Of a DNA stretch of 64,000 nucleotides, positions 29,502 through 39,023 are shown in pieces. The translations under genes and the position numbers were made by a program. Source of the DNA: a virus (taxonomy: Duplodnaviria; Caudoviricetes); the IMG/VR virus record IMGVR_UViG_3300037067_001255, positions 1 to 64,000 of that record; one strand, written 5' to 3'. Numbering within the stretch: the stretch's first letter is position 1; each line of letters starts with the position of its first letter. The notes under the pieces were generated by a model, which ran no database searches, had not been told where the DNA came from, and saw only the letters and a list, made by a program, of their open reading frames with translations.

Positions 29502-30146
29502 ATGGCGATCCCGTATTTCAGGATAGGCGTATTGATGGGAAAGGTGGATAGAAAGCGTAATACTGTACACCGATGGGAGGCAGATGGTATAATTGCAGAG
29601 CCCTCTGTTAGAGGGGGTAAGATTTCTGCAGCACAGAGATTATATACGAAAGGGGAAATTGATCTAATTGTAGAATCTCATAGACTGTGGTGGGAGGAGC
29701 ATTTCATAGCAACAGGAAGACTAGTCCCTCGCCCCAATATGTGGAGGTTCGGGGTACTATATTGGGACATGAGACAGTATCTAAGACCCAGTAGAAAGTA
29801 TGGATATTTGGTAACATTACCAGACGGGGGGTACAAAGCTCCTCCTGTTGCTAAGTGGGACTATGATACTAAGAAAGACTTCTGGGTATCAGAATTCAAA
29901 GATGTGGGGGTAGATGCAACACATAAGGAGCAGATACCAGGGACGTTATTTGATAAAGTTAAGGAGGTAAGTAGACTTCTAAGGGATGACAGAAGTTTAC
30001 GTAAAGCAGGCCAAACAGTAGAAGCAAGGATGGATTTCTCAGACAAGATATTCCATGTACAGTCAAGAGAGGAAGCTATTAGCGTCCTCGAAGAGTATAA
30101 ATCATTTATGCCCCGTTGGAGGATTGAAGATGCCACGCGATCTTAG
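29502..30146 (+). CDS. MerR-type HTH DNA-binding protein
   Basis: FRIG......RNTVHRWEADGII.P......RLYT..EI. Confidence 0.7.
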   Translation: MAIPYFRIGVLMGKVDRKRNTVHRWEADGIIAEPSVRGGKISAAQRLYTKGEIDLIVESHRLWWEEHFIATGRLVPRPNMWRFGVLYWDMRQYLRPSRKYGYLVTLPDGGYKAPPVAKWDYDTKKDFWVSEFKDVGVDATHKEQIPGTLFDKVKEVSRLLRDDRSLRKAGQTVEARMDFSDKIFHVQSREEAISVLEEYKSFMPRWRIEDATRS

Positions 30147-30780
30147 GAAAGCAGCAGAGGAAAAGCCGAAGGCAAAGAAGAGTACAGTAGTTAGCCGAAA
30201 GTTGGAACTGGATATCGAAGATGACGATGTAGAGGAACAGGTTGAGGAAGAAGAGGAACTGGTGTTGGATGATGATATTGAGGAGGAGGTATTGGACGGT
30301 GAGGAGGAAGGACTTGAAGTAGAAGATGATGAAGAGGAAGTAGAGGAAGAGGTGTTGGATGAAGAAGATGAGGAAATCGAAGAGGTTGAAGAGACTAACG
30401 AAACAGAGGAAGAAGTGGTTGAAGAGGAGGATGAGGGGGTTGAGGAAATCGGGGAAGATGATGATGAACTTGTTGAGGAACATGACGGAGGCCCTGGTCG
30501 TTATTGTAGCAAGGATGAAGTCATTAGCGGAGAACCTCAAGAAGTTAAATTCAGCGCAAACTTTGTCCAGTTAGCAGAGGTGTCATACGGACAAAGTATG
30601 ACAATCAATGTGGGTGGAACTGAGCATGTGAAGTTTGAGGCAAGTTGTAAGTGTCCGTACAATCAGGCAGTGGGGGGAAACAGGGAAGAGGTTTACCAGG
30701 AGATCAAAGAGTTTGTTGACAACATGATCCTGGAAGATGTAAAAGCTGCGAAAGCATTGCGTTCAAAGAAAGGTGGATAA
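30130..30780 (+). CDS. Highly acidic protein
   Basis: About 90-aa E/D/V low-complexity tract. Confidence 0.7.
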   Translation: MPRDLRKAAEEKPKAKKSTVVSRKLELDIEDDDVEEQVEEEEELVLDDDIEEEVLDGEEEGLEVEDDEEEVEEEVLDEEDEEIEEVEETNETEEEVVEEEDEGVEEIGEDDDELVEEHDGGPGRYCSKDEVISGEPQEVKFSANFVQLAEVSYGQSMTINVGGTEHVKFEASCKCPYNQAVGGNREEVYQEIKEFVDNMILEDVKAAKALRSKKGG

Positions 30781-30785
30781 AGTAA

Positions 30786-31709
30786 ATGGGATACAGCAGT
30801 AAGGGAATTCAAGAAGCACTGGAATACTTGTCGGCACAAGAAGGTTCATTTGATAAGTCGTCTGGAGGATTCTTTACTCCTGAGTTCTTTCTGAAGGATA
30901 AACAATCCTCACTAATTCAGGTGGTGGATAATGATGTTGTTAACGTCAACTTGCATTCTGTAACTAAGGTATCAAAGGGTGGCAACACCTATCAGGTAAA
31001 GAAGGTCTGCATGGGGGAAGGCTGTCTCTACTGTGAGGCAGCACAAACTGCCCGCAATGTAGATGCGGCCAAATTCACTTGTCATTTGTCAGTTCTTGAT
31101 AGTCGAGAGTGGCCTTACACTATTGGCGACGAGAAGTATGAACCTGCCCCTTGGACACTTAGGTTGTGGCGTGGTTCACCTAAGCGTATTGGTGCAGTAT
31201 TTCAACTTGCAAAGATTGCCAAGCGGGGAAGAATTAAGGGGTCACTGCTAATCATCACTCGCTCAGGAGAAGGAGTACACACTAACTATGTTCCTGAGTA
31301 CGTAGAACCATCCGATTTGGTGGGTGATGGTGTATTTGCAGATGATTATGCATCTTGCATCAGGAACTTGAAGTGGAACCCGACAAAGAATTTGTGGGCG
31401 CCTTGTCCTCAGTTTGAGGGTGATCCAGAACCATTCGACTACAACAAGATTCTAAAGGTGGATACCTACGAACAGGCAGCAGCATTCCTCGGGAAAAGTA
31501 GTAAGCAAAGGAAGTCACGGTATGATGATGGGCAAGAAACTCTTCCGTTAGAGGAAGAGGATACAGTTCGTGAGGATGTAAGTCTCTTGGATGATGATGA
31601 GGTGGAAGATTTTAAGCGCACTGCAAAGGTTAAGAAAGAGGAGCCAAAGGAAGAGTACGAATACTTCGTGAAAGATGGGAAGAGGTATCGTCGTAAGATT
31701 AAGAAGTAA
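30786..31709 (+). CDS. Probable phage single-stranded DNA-binding protein (gp32-like)
   Basis: H...C....C..C Zn site, ITRSGEG..T.Y OB-fold motif, acidic C-terminal region, replication context. Confidence 0.6.
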   Translation: MGYSSKGIQEALEYLSAQEGSFDKSSGGFFTPEFFLKDKQSSLIQVVDNDVVNVNLHSVTKVSKGGNTYQVKKVCMGEGCLYCEAAQTARNVDAAKFTCHLSVLDSREWPYTIGDEKYEPAPWTLRLWRGSPKRIGAVFQLAKIAKRGRIKGSLLIITRSGEGVHTNYVPEYVEPSDLVGDGVFADDYASCIRNLKWNPTKNLWAPCPQFEGDPEPFDYNKILKVDTYEQAAAFLGKSSKQRKSRYDDGQETLPLEEEDTVREDVSLLDDDEVEDFKRTAKVKKEEPKEEYEYFVKDGKRYRRKIKK

Positions 31710-31848
31710 TTGAGTTCAGGGGGTTCCCGGTTCCTGTATTCCCCAGCAGGATAGTACACTTTCGGGGGTTTCCACTCCTTCCCTCGTCAGGAATAGCTAA
31801 GAGTAACTTAAAGTGTAAAGTGCTCTACTGGGAACTCCCATTTTTTGT

Positions 31849-31924
31849 GCGCCCGTAACTCAGTGGATAGAGTATCTGCCCTCTAAGCAGAGAGTCGGGG
31901 GTTCAAATCCCTCCGGGCGCACCA
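31849..31924 (+). tRNA. tRNA-Arg (TCT), atypical C33
   Basis: GCGCCCG/CGGGCGC, A20 in D-loop, stem TCTGC/GCAGA, loop CCTCTAA, encoded CCA. Confidence 0.85.
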
Positions 31925-31991
31925 AATTATAAATCATTTATAGCTGCTTAAGTGGCTAAACTGCGGAGCAATTATAACGTAGGTGAGTTAA

Positions 31992-32234
31992 GTGGTAGTA
32001 CGAAAAAAAGTTCAGTTCTTTCTAAATCCAGATGATTTTGTGGGGCTACAAAGACTGGCAGAAAAGACTGGACAGAGTACAGTATCAGAAGTTATCCGTA
32101 ATGCATTGATCTTATACTCCTTAGTTGCAAAAGATGTAAGTGAAGGAGGAAAGTTACAAATGGTGGGCAGTGATGGAGAAGTGTGCATGTATATTTTACC
32201 AGGTATTGTGAATTATAATATAGAGGTGAGTTAA
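31992..32234 (+). CDS. Ribbon-helix-helix (CopG-like) protein
   Basis: KKVQFFL....L..LAEKTG.STVSEVIRNAL. Confidence 0.7.
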   Translation: MVVRKKVQFFLNPDDFVGLQRLAEKTGQSTVSEVIRNALILYSLVAKDVSEGGKLQMVGSDGEVCMYILPGIVNYNIEVS

Positions 32235-32888
32235 ATGGTAGCTTGGAATAAAGTAACAAAGTATGGTAACGGACATGTACTTAGGGCATTTGAGGTAGCA
32301 GCAGTACAAGGACATAATATTGGTCTAGTAGCTAATGCCAATGCACCAGGGTGGGAGTTAGCTGAAGCAGCAAAGGAATTGTTTGTGGCTGTGAATATGG
32401 AATTGGAAGTTATGGATAGTCTTTCTATAATGAGCGAAGATGAACATTTTCTATGGGTACTTCCCAAGTGTAGATGCGGGTATCTTGGTTCTAGGAGGGG
32501 TAATTGTTATTGTTCAGTGGAAGAGATTAACTACTATCTTCGGGGGGTTGTAGATTTCTTTCTACGTAAGACGGCTATTAGAATAGCTGCTTCTGAAGTA
32601 ATGTTTGGTGATCTTTTGAATATGCCGGGGGAAGATATTAGTAAGGCAGTAGAAAGGGTAGTAAAAGCAAGAACAGTAAAGATGGAAAGAACAAGGCTAT
32701 CAAAGATGCCAAAGGATCAACTTGCTCTTCTTAGCACAGCCTATGACCAGTTCATTTGGCAACCAAGAGACGTAACTTCTGTACTTTCAGTTGCAAGAAG
32801 TATTTCAATGCTTGAGGGGAAGACAGAGATTGGTATTCCACAGTTGGCAGAAGCAATTCAGTATCATACAAGAAATATCTTAGTATAG
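32235..32888 (+). CDS. Degenerate ComM/YifB (Mg-chelatase-related)-like protein
   Basis: RAFEVAA..GHN, CRCGY.G...C.CS..EI..Y, ARSI..L...AEAIQY; P-loop absent. Confidence 0.7.
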   Translation: MVAWNKVTKYGNGHVLRAFEVAAVQGHNIGLVANANAPGWELAEAAKELFVAVNMELEVMDSLSIMSEDEHFLWVLPKCRCGYLGSRRGNCYCSVEEINYYLRGVVDFFLRKTAIRIAASEVMFGDLLNMPGEDISKAVERVVKARTVKMERTRLSKMPKDQLALLSTAYDQFIWQPRDVTSVLSVARSISMLEGKTEIGIPQLAEAIQYHTRNILV

Positions 32889-33477
32889 GAGAAAAGATAA
32901 TGGAGATAGTTCTTAGACCAGAGATACAGAAGTTTGCTGAACAAATGGAAATACAAATGAGAATACGTGATACAGATGGTGAAGATGATTGGAAAGATAG
33001 TTGGGGAGAATTAGGTTTTGTATCTTTGTGTGGTAGATTGGTCTATGAGTTTGAAGGATTTATGGGTGCAGTTAGGAATCACTTACAGGTAAGGGATGCA
33101 GATACTAACTATCATGTTGTAAGAAGGTCTGCAGATGCAGGGAATCTATTGATGATGTTATTTAGTATTGCTGTAAAGGAAAGAGAGCTAAGAAAGGAAA
33201 TGGAGTATAATGGATAACGAAGTGGACAATGAGCCGTTTGAAATAGAAGAGAACTTGGGGCTAAGAATATTAGTGGCTAAAGGAAGGAGAGGATACAATA
33301 TTTATTCACAGTTTGGAGAAGAGGATGCTGGCATAGTATTAACTGCTATGTGTATTTATGAGGTATTATTAGAAGAGATTACTGATATAGTAGATAGAAT
33401 TCTTAAGAGTATGATGGTTTCTCAATACAGAGAAGAAGTGAGAAAGAATACTCAAATTGTAGTAATGGGTTGGTAAA

Positions 33478-35271
33478 ATGCGAAGAGTAACTCCGGTAGG
33501 GACAAGTATTCCAAGAGGCTTAATTGTCACTCCTGAACAGATGAATGTTTGGGAGAAACGTCTGTTATCAGAAGATGTATCATTGGACTTTGAGACACAC
33601 GGAAAGAAGTTCCCTGGGGCTAAAGTATTAGGTGTGTCATTAGCAACAAAAGATCATACTGGGTATCTTCCATTAGAAGATATAAACAGTGAGATACCAA
33701 GGTTTAATAGGCCGGATGCAATAAGACTATTAGAGCAGTTAGCTATATCAAAGAGCCATAAAATCTCACATAACTTTCAGTTTGAGTTACATTGTATGTA
33801 TGCATTAGGAATAGAGATGCAACCTCCTTTTGCATGTACAATGTTAATGGCATACAACCACGATGTTAATAGAAAGAGTGTAAAGCTTACTGCAGTATGT
33901 GAAGCTTACAATATTGGGGCAGCACCAGATTTTGATGAGTTTGCTAAGAACAGGTCAATGCTAACATTTCCAGTTAAAGAGATTATGGGATATAGTATTC
34001 CTCATGCTAAGAAGGCATTAGAGCTTTACGATATTCTTGGCAGGGTATTAAGATCAAATGGATTATGGAGTTCGTATCAGATAGATATTGATTGTGTTCC
34101 TTCCGTGGTTTGGATTGAGCGGGCCGGGGTATTGATAAATGAAGGAAGACTACAGAACCTTTCATTAGGTATGATGAGAGAAGAACAGAGATTAGAGGGG
34201 GAGATTAAGGAAATAGCGGGGGAAGAGTTTAATGTAAGAAGTTCACAGCAATTAGGAGTTATTCTCTATCGTAAGTTTGGGCTACCAGTAAAGAAAAGAG
34301 CAGAAAAGACAGGCCGGGCTTCAGTGGATAAAGAGAGTGTAGAATCTCTTAGAGGTCTACATCCAATAGCAGATAAGTTGTTAGAGTATAGAGAAACACA
34401 GAAGTTAAGAAGTACATTCATAGATGGATTAGATGAGTTTGTTGGTGAAGATAACAGGGTTCATACATCTCTAAATATGGCACAGGCAAGATCAGGAAGA
34501 TTTTCTTCATCTAATCCTAATCTACAGAATATACCAACTTTTGATAAGTTTGGGGTAAGACAGTTATTCATAGCTCCTCCTGGGAAGACATTAGTAGTGG
34601 CGGACTATTCTCAGATTGAAATGAGACTTGCAGCAGTAGTAAGTGGGGACCAGGAACTGTTAGACATTTATGAGAAAGATGATGATATTCATTCTCGTAC
34701 CTGTATGGCATTGTTTGGGGAAGTAACACCAGAGTTAAGAAAGAATGCCAAGACAATTAACTTTGCCGTTGGATATGGAATGATGGAGGGTGCATTAGGT
34801 AGAAAGCTGGGGATACCAAAAGCAGAGGCTAAGAAGTATCTTAGTAAATTCTGGAAGACATATTCAGGATTAGCTTCGTGGAATAATGTACAGATAATGC
34901 TTGCTAAGATTAGAGGATACACAACTACTCTTGGTGGCAAGAGAAGAATACTTCCTGATATTAACAGTTCAGAGTTTATAAAGCAGAGTAATGCAGAGCG
35001 TGCTGGATTGAATCACATAATTCAGGGAACTGCAGCAGAAATTCTTAAGATAGCACATGCAGAATTGTATAAGGAGTATAAGGATGATTCAGATGTAAGG
35101 TGTGTATTATCAGTACATGATGAACTTGTGTTAGAAGTTCCAGAGGAACGGGCCGAAGAAGTAGCACAAAGACAGAAAGAGATTATGGAGAATTTAGGCG
35201 GGAAGGTTAAGTTTCCTATTCCGTTAAAGGTGGAGGTAGGGATTGGAAAGACTTGGGCAGATGCTAAATAG
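33478..35271 (+). CDS. polA: Family A DNA polymerase (3'-5' exonuclease + polymerase)
   Basis: DFET, HNFQFE, SGRFSSSNPNLQNIP, ADYSQIEMR, RKNAKTINFAVGYG, IQGTAA, VHDE. Confidence 0.96.
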   Translation: MRRVTPVGTSIPRGLIVTPEQMNVWEKRLLSEDVSLDFETHGKKFPGAKVLGVSLATKDHTGYLPLEDINSEIPRFNRPDAIRLLEQLAISKSHKISHNFQFELHCMYALGIEMQPPFACTMLMAYNHDVNRKSVKLTAVCEAYNIGAAPDFDEFAKNRSMLTFPVKEIMGYSIPHAKKALELYDILGRVLRSNGLWSSYQIDIDCVPSVVWIERAGVLINEGRLQNLSLGMMREEQRLEGEIKEIAGEEFNVRSSQQLGVILYRKFGLPVKKRAEKTGRASVDKESVESLRGLHPIADKLLEYRETQKLRSTFIDGLDEFVGEDNRVHTSLNMAQARSGRFSSSNPNLQNIPTFDKFGVRQLFIAPPGKTLVVADYSQIEMRLAAVVSGDQELLDIYEKDDDIHSRTCMALFGEVTPELRKNAKTINFAVGYGMMEGALGRKLGIPKAEAKKYLSKFWKTYSGLASWNNVQIMLAKIRGYTTTLGGKRRILPDINSSEFIKQSNAERAGLNHIIQGTAAEILKIAHAELYKEYKDDSDVRCVLSVHDELVLEVPEERAEEVAQRQKEIMENLGGKVKFPIPLKVEVGIGKTWADAK

Positions 35272-35781
35272 GAGGCTACAAAATGTCTATACTTGCTTCA
35301 ACAAATCTACTAATGGAAACTAAGAAACAGGCTCAAGTGGCAAAGTCATTTGAGCAGTTTGAGTTGTCATTAACTATGATGCAGGGAACAGGAATAGCAG
35401 TAATGCCCGAAGATGTAGATAAGAAGTATAAAGGAAGGTCTGGGCTAAAGAGGTTTTACAAAGAATTTCATAAGGGGCAATAATGGCTAATACGATATAT
35501 CAATGGAGAAAAAGTGCATTGGAAACAGCAAGGCAGTTACAAGGCATGAATGAATCTCTCCAAAAGATGGAGGAGACAAAGAAAAGAATAAAGTTACTTG
35601 GATATGGTATTAAGGTGGAACAGAACTATGATGATAGGTGGTGTGTATATTTAGGTAAGAGACTTGTATCTGGTGGTAATGTAGATGATGTATATAAAAC
35701 AGGATACTATCTTGATTTACAGAATGCATTAGATCAGGCATTGAAATATGCTGAGATAAATGATTTATAGGAGGTGAGTAA

Positions 35782-36870
35782 GTGGAAACGGCGCAGATAG
35801 ACAAACTCTTAGAGAAGATAAACAAGTCCTTAGGAAGTAGTCAGATAGTACGTGCATCTAATGCACATGGATTAGGATATAAAAGATATTCAACAGGTAT
35901 TATTGGATTGGATATTCTTTGTGGGGGATCAGATGAAGGAAAGTCGTGGGGAATACCTTCTGGTAGAATTACAGAATTGTGGGGGGAAGAGGGATCAGGA
36001 AAGACAACTGCCGCCCTTAATTGTATTCGATTAGCACAAGAAGAAGGCAATGTGGGCGCCTTCATTAACATGGAAGGGGCCTGGGATAGTACCTGGGCAG
36101 AGAAGATTGGTGTAGACCTCTCTAAGATGATTATTGCAAGGCCTCCTTCTTCGGAAGATTTACAAGCAGTAATGCGGGAACTAATAACTACAGCAGGAAT
36201 AGGAGTTATTGTTGTAGACTCTATTGCAATGATGACTTCTACTTCTGAACTTCTAACAGATACACGAGAAAAGAATATCCAACCGGGGACACAGCCAAGG
36301 GCAGTAAATGTTATGGTAAGGCATTTAGCAAGTGCCTTTAATCGTTGGCCGATTGATGATGCAGCTTCGATATTTAGATGCCCTGCTGTAATCTTTCTAA
36401 ACCAAGTTAGGCAGAAGATTGGCGGTTATGGTGATCCAGACTATTCGCCGGGGGGTAAAGGAAAAGACCATCAGTGCTCCCTTAAGATTAGAATGAGAAA
36501 GGGAGAAAGGATTAAGGCGAGTAAGGATGCTAAAGCAGAGGACCCTGTATTAGCTATTAAGCTAAAAGGTTTTTGTGGAAAGAACAAAGTATGGGCTCCT
36601 TACTCAACTTGTGAGTTTAAGTTATGGATTAGAAATGTAAAGGCAAAGGATGGTATCCATCATGCGGGGGAGATAGATAAGGCAGATGAATTGTTTAGAC
36701 TGGGGATGGTGTATGGATTAGTAACAAGAAGTGGAAATAAGTATGAATATCAAGATAAGTATGCAGTAGGTGAAGTAGCTTTCAGGCAGGGGCTAAACGA
36801 AGATAAAGAAATGGCTAAGTCCTTAGAAGAAGCAATCTACAAAGCGGCGTGGGAAAAGGGAGGAACTTAG
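35782..36870 (+). CDS. recA: RecA/UvsX-like recombinase
   Basis: GIPSGRITELWGEEGSGKTT, IVVDSIA, FLNQVRQKIG, PGG, KNKV. Confidence 0.93.
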   Translation: METAQIDKLLEKINKSLGSSQIVRASNAHGLGYKRYSTGIIGLDILCGGSDEGKSWGIPSGRITELWGEEGSGKTTAALNCIRLAQEEGNVGAFINMEGAWDSTWAEKIGVDLSKMIIARPPSSEDLQAVMRELITTAGIGVIVVDSIAMMTSTSELLTDTREKNIQPGTQPRAVNVMVRHLASAFNRWPIDDAASIFRCPAVIFLNQVRQKIGGYGDPDYSPGGKGKDHQCSLKIRMRKGERIKASKDAKAEDPVLAIKLKGFCGKNKVWAPYSTCEFKLWIRNVKAKDGIHHAGEIDKADELFRLGMVYGLVTRSGNKYEYQDKYAVGEVAFRQGLNEDKEMAKSLEEAIYKAAWEKGGT

Positions 36871-37166
36871 TGAGAATATTGTTAGATGGTAGTTGCTCCC
36901 CCAGAGGGGAGAAAGAAATATGCAAGATATTTCACCTGAATCAAACTCCAGCCTCGGGGGCAAAATGGCATAGTAAAAGTGATGCCTATAAAGATGACCA
37001 AAGAATAGAGATCAAGGAAACAGATAAGGAACAGTTAATAGTAAAGAAAGAGTGGCTACAAAAGATAAAGAAAGAGGCAGCACAGGAAGGACAAAGTCCC
37101 AGACTTCTATTCCGAATTGGAAATGAAATCTGGGTAGCTTTACCTGCAGAGGAGCATTTTGAATGA
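36870..37166 (+). CDS. Holliday-junction resolvase-like PD-(D/E)xK nuclease
   Basis: E...PASGA...KSD......IEIK.T...W..KI..EA. Confidence 0.7.
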   Translation: MRILLDGSCSPRGEKEICKIFHLNQTPASGAKWHSKSDAYKDDQRIEIKETDKEQLIVKKEWLQKIKKEAAQEGQSPRLLFRIGNEIWVALPAEEHFE

Positions 37167-37330
37167 CCTTTATAATTCCAATTTTTTGGTGTGGTTTTAT
37201 TGATGGGTCCTTGTTTATGCTTCTTGTGATAACATTCTGGGCATGGAGAATCAATAAGAGAACAGAGCAAAAGGAAAAGGCTGCCAGGGAATTAGAGCTA
37301 TAAATGATTTATAGAAAAGGGGTGAGTTAA

Positions 37331-38287
37331 TTGGGAGTAGATGCAAGGGTAAAAGCTTGTGACAAGTGTGAATTGTGTAAGTCAAGGACTAATGCAGTTA
37401 TTGGAGAAGGGGATATACCAGCGGATGTTATGTTTATTGGGGAGGGTCCTGGGGAAACAGAGGACAAAACAGGGAAGCCTTTTTGTGGTAAGGCGGGGGA
37501 AGTATTAGACAAGATGTTGGCTCTCTCAGGATTAACTAGGGAAATGATCTACATAGCTAACGTAGTAAAGTGTAGACCACCGGGGAACAGAAAGCCTTTA
37601 GAGAATGAGATAGAAGCATGTCTTACTTATCTAAGAGAGCAGATTACAGAGGTAAGACCTAAGGTAATTGTACTCTTAGGACAGACGGCAGTAACAGCAT
37701 TTGGCATCGAAGGTACAATGCAGGAGTTACATGGTAAGACTTTTGAGAAAGCAAACAAAAGGCTGTTTGTAATGTATCATCCGGCAGCAGTGTTGTACAA
37801 GAAGGATACAATTGTGGCAGTAGAAGGAGACTGCTCAAGATTATCCTTACTTCTTCAAAGTCTTGATATTGGTACTTTTGATGGAAGTTTGATAGTCAAT
37901 CTTATCAAGACTGTTATTAAACCCTATAGAGATGCGTTCAAACCTCTGATGAAAAAGATCAGAGACATGCCAGGAAGATTTAGTGAGTTTGGGGAAAATG
38001 TAATTAAGTTTGTAGATTATGTAATTGCTGCATCCGCAAAGGAAGTTCGTGGAATGGTGGGGGCACAAAGTAATAGAGAAGTACAATTCCTCTACCAAAG
38101 CCTCTTAGCAATAGACACCAAGGATGCAGTATTGATAGCACTAAGATTAAGGTTAGAGCAAGATTTAGATATTGTTAAAGCCTTTGAGAAAAGTGGTAGT
38201 GCGGCTATTAAGGAAGTATTGAAGAGTAGAGGTTTCTTCGGTCAAAGAGAGAAGCTATTACAGGAGATATTGAATGAGAAGGAATAA
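37331..38287 (+). CDS. Family-4 uracil-DNA glycosylase with C-terminal extension
   Basis: CDKCELC, GEGPGETED..G.PF.G.AG, NVVKCRPPGNR, YHPAA. Confidence 0.93.
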   Translation: MGVDARVKACDKCELCKSRTNAVIGEGDIPADVMFIGEGPGETEDKTGKPFCGKAGEVLDKMLALSGLTREMIYIANVVKCRPPGNRKPLENEIEACLTYLREQITEVRPKVIVLLGQTAVTAFGIEGTMQELHGKTFEKANKRLFVMYHPAAVLYKKDTIVAVEGDCSRLSLLLQSLDIGTFDGSLIVNLIKTVIKPYRDAFKPLMKKIRDMPGRFSEFGENVIKFVDYVIAASAKEVRGMVGAQSNREVQFLYQSLLAIDTKDAVLIALRLRLEQDLDIVKAFEKSGSAAIKEVLKSRGFFGQREKLLQEILNEKE

Positions 38288-39023
38288 AGCATTAGAGGAA
38301 TTATTGAGTAATGAAGGATTAAAGGATGGTCTTAACACACAGATGTTGGATAAATTAGTTGAGCAACATGCGAATGAAAGTAAGAGGTGGATACCTCCCA
38401 AGGACCATTTCTCAGTAAGTAAGATTTTCTACTGTCCACGAGGAGCATTTCTTGATCGTGCTGGTGTTCCCGCAATGAGTGGGGCACATGGATTAAGAAG
38501 AATGTTGTTTGGAATTAAGATACATGAAATGATGCAGGAACTACTAAAGAAAGTACCGGGGTTCGGATATGTAGAAGAGAGGTTGGAATATCCTTCATTA
38601 GAGATTGTGGGAAGGATAGATGGCTGTTTCATTGATCGTGGAGTTTTATTAGAAATGAAAACAGCCGGGGGATTCCAAACAAAGAAGATGAAGAACGGGT
38701 GGATACCAGAGTATTATCAGAGTCAAGCTAACTTCTATTGTTGGCTATGGAATAAACTAAAAGCAGATAAGTTACATAGTATTTGGTGGGTAGTGTTGGA
38801 TCGTGATAGTCTGGATTGGATTAAGTATGAGCCTCGGTTAATGAATGAGGAAATAGCATTAGCGGCAGTAGCTCATTGTGCTAAGTTAAATACTATGTGG
38901 GGTAATGGGGCGCTTCCTGCATCAAAGAATAAGTGTGAAGTTTCCTGTGAATACTTCTCAATTTGTAAGCAAGCAGAAGTATTAACTGATATACTTCCGG
39001 GTGGAAAACTATGCGGGATGTAA
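38274..39023 (+). CDS. Cas4-like/RecB-family exonuclease
   Basis: YCPR, G..IHE, GRIDG, EMKT, Q..FY, C..CEY...C. Confidence 0.85.
   Translation: MRRNKALEELLSNEGLKDGLNTQMLDKLVEQHANESKRWIPPKDHFSVSKIFYCPRGAFLDRAGVPAMSGAHGLRRMLFGIKIHEMMQELLKKVPGFGYVEERLEYPSLEIVGRIDGCFIDRGVLLEMKTAGGFQTKKMKNGWIPEYYQSQANFYCWLWNKLKADKLHSIWWVVLDRDSLDWIKYEPRLMNEEIALAAVAHCAKLNTMWGNGALPASKNKCEVSCEYFSICKQAEVLTDILPGGKLCGM

Noticed and set aside
31849-31924. Reading the loop CCTCTAA as a CTA amber suppressor (recoded phage)
   Set aside because: The 5-bp stem fixes a 7-nt loop centred on TCT, A20 indicates Arg, and TAG terminates full-length polA, recA, terL and MCP
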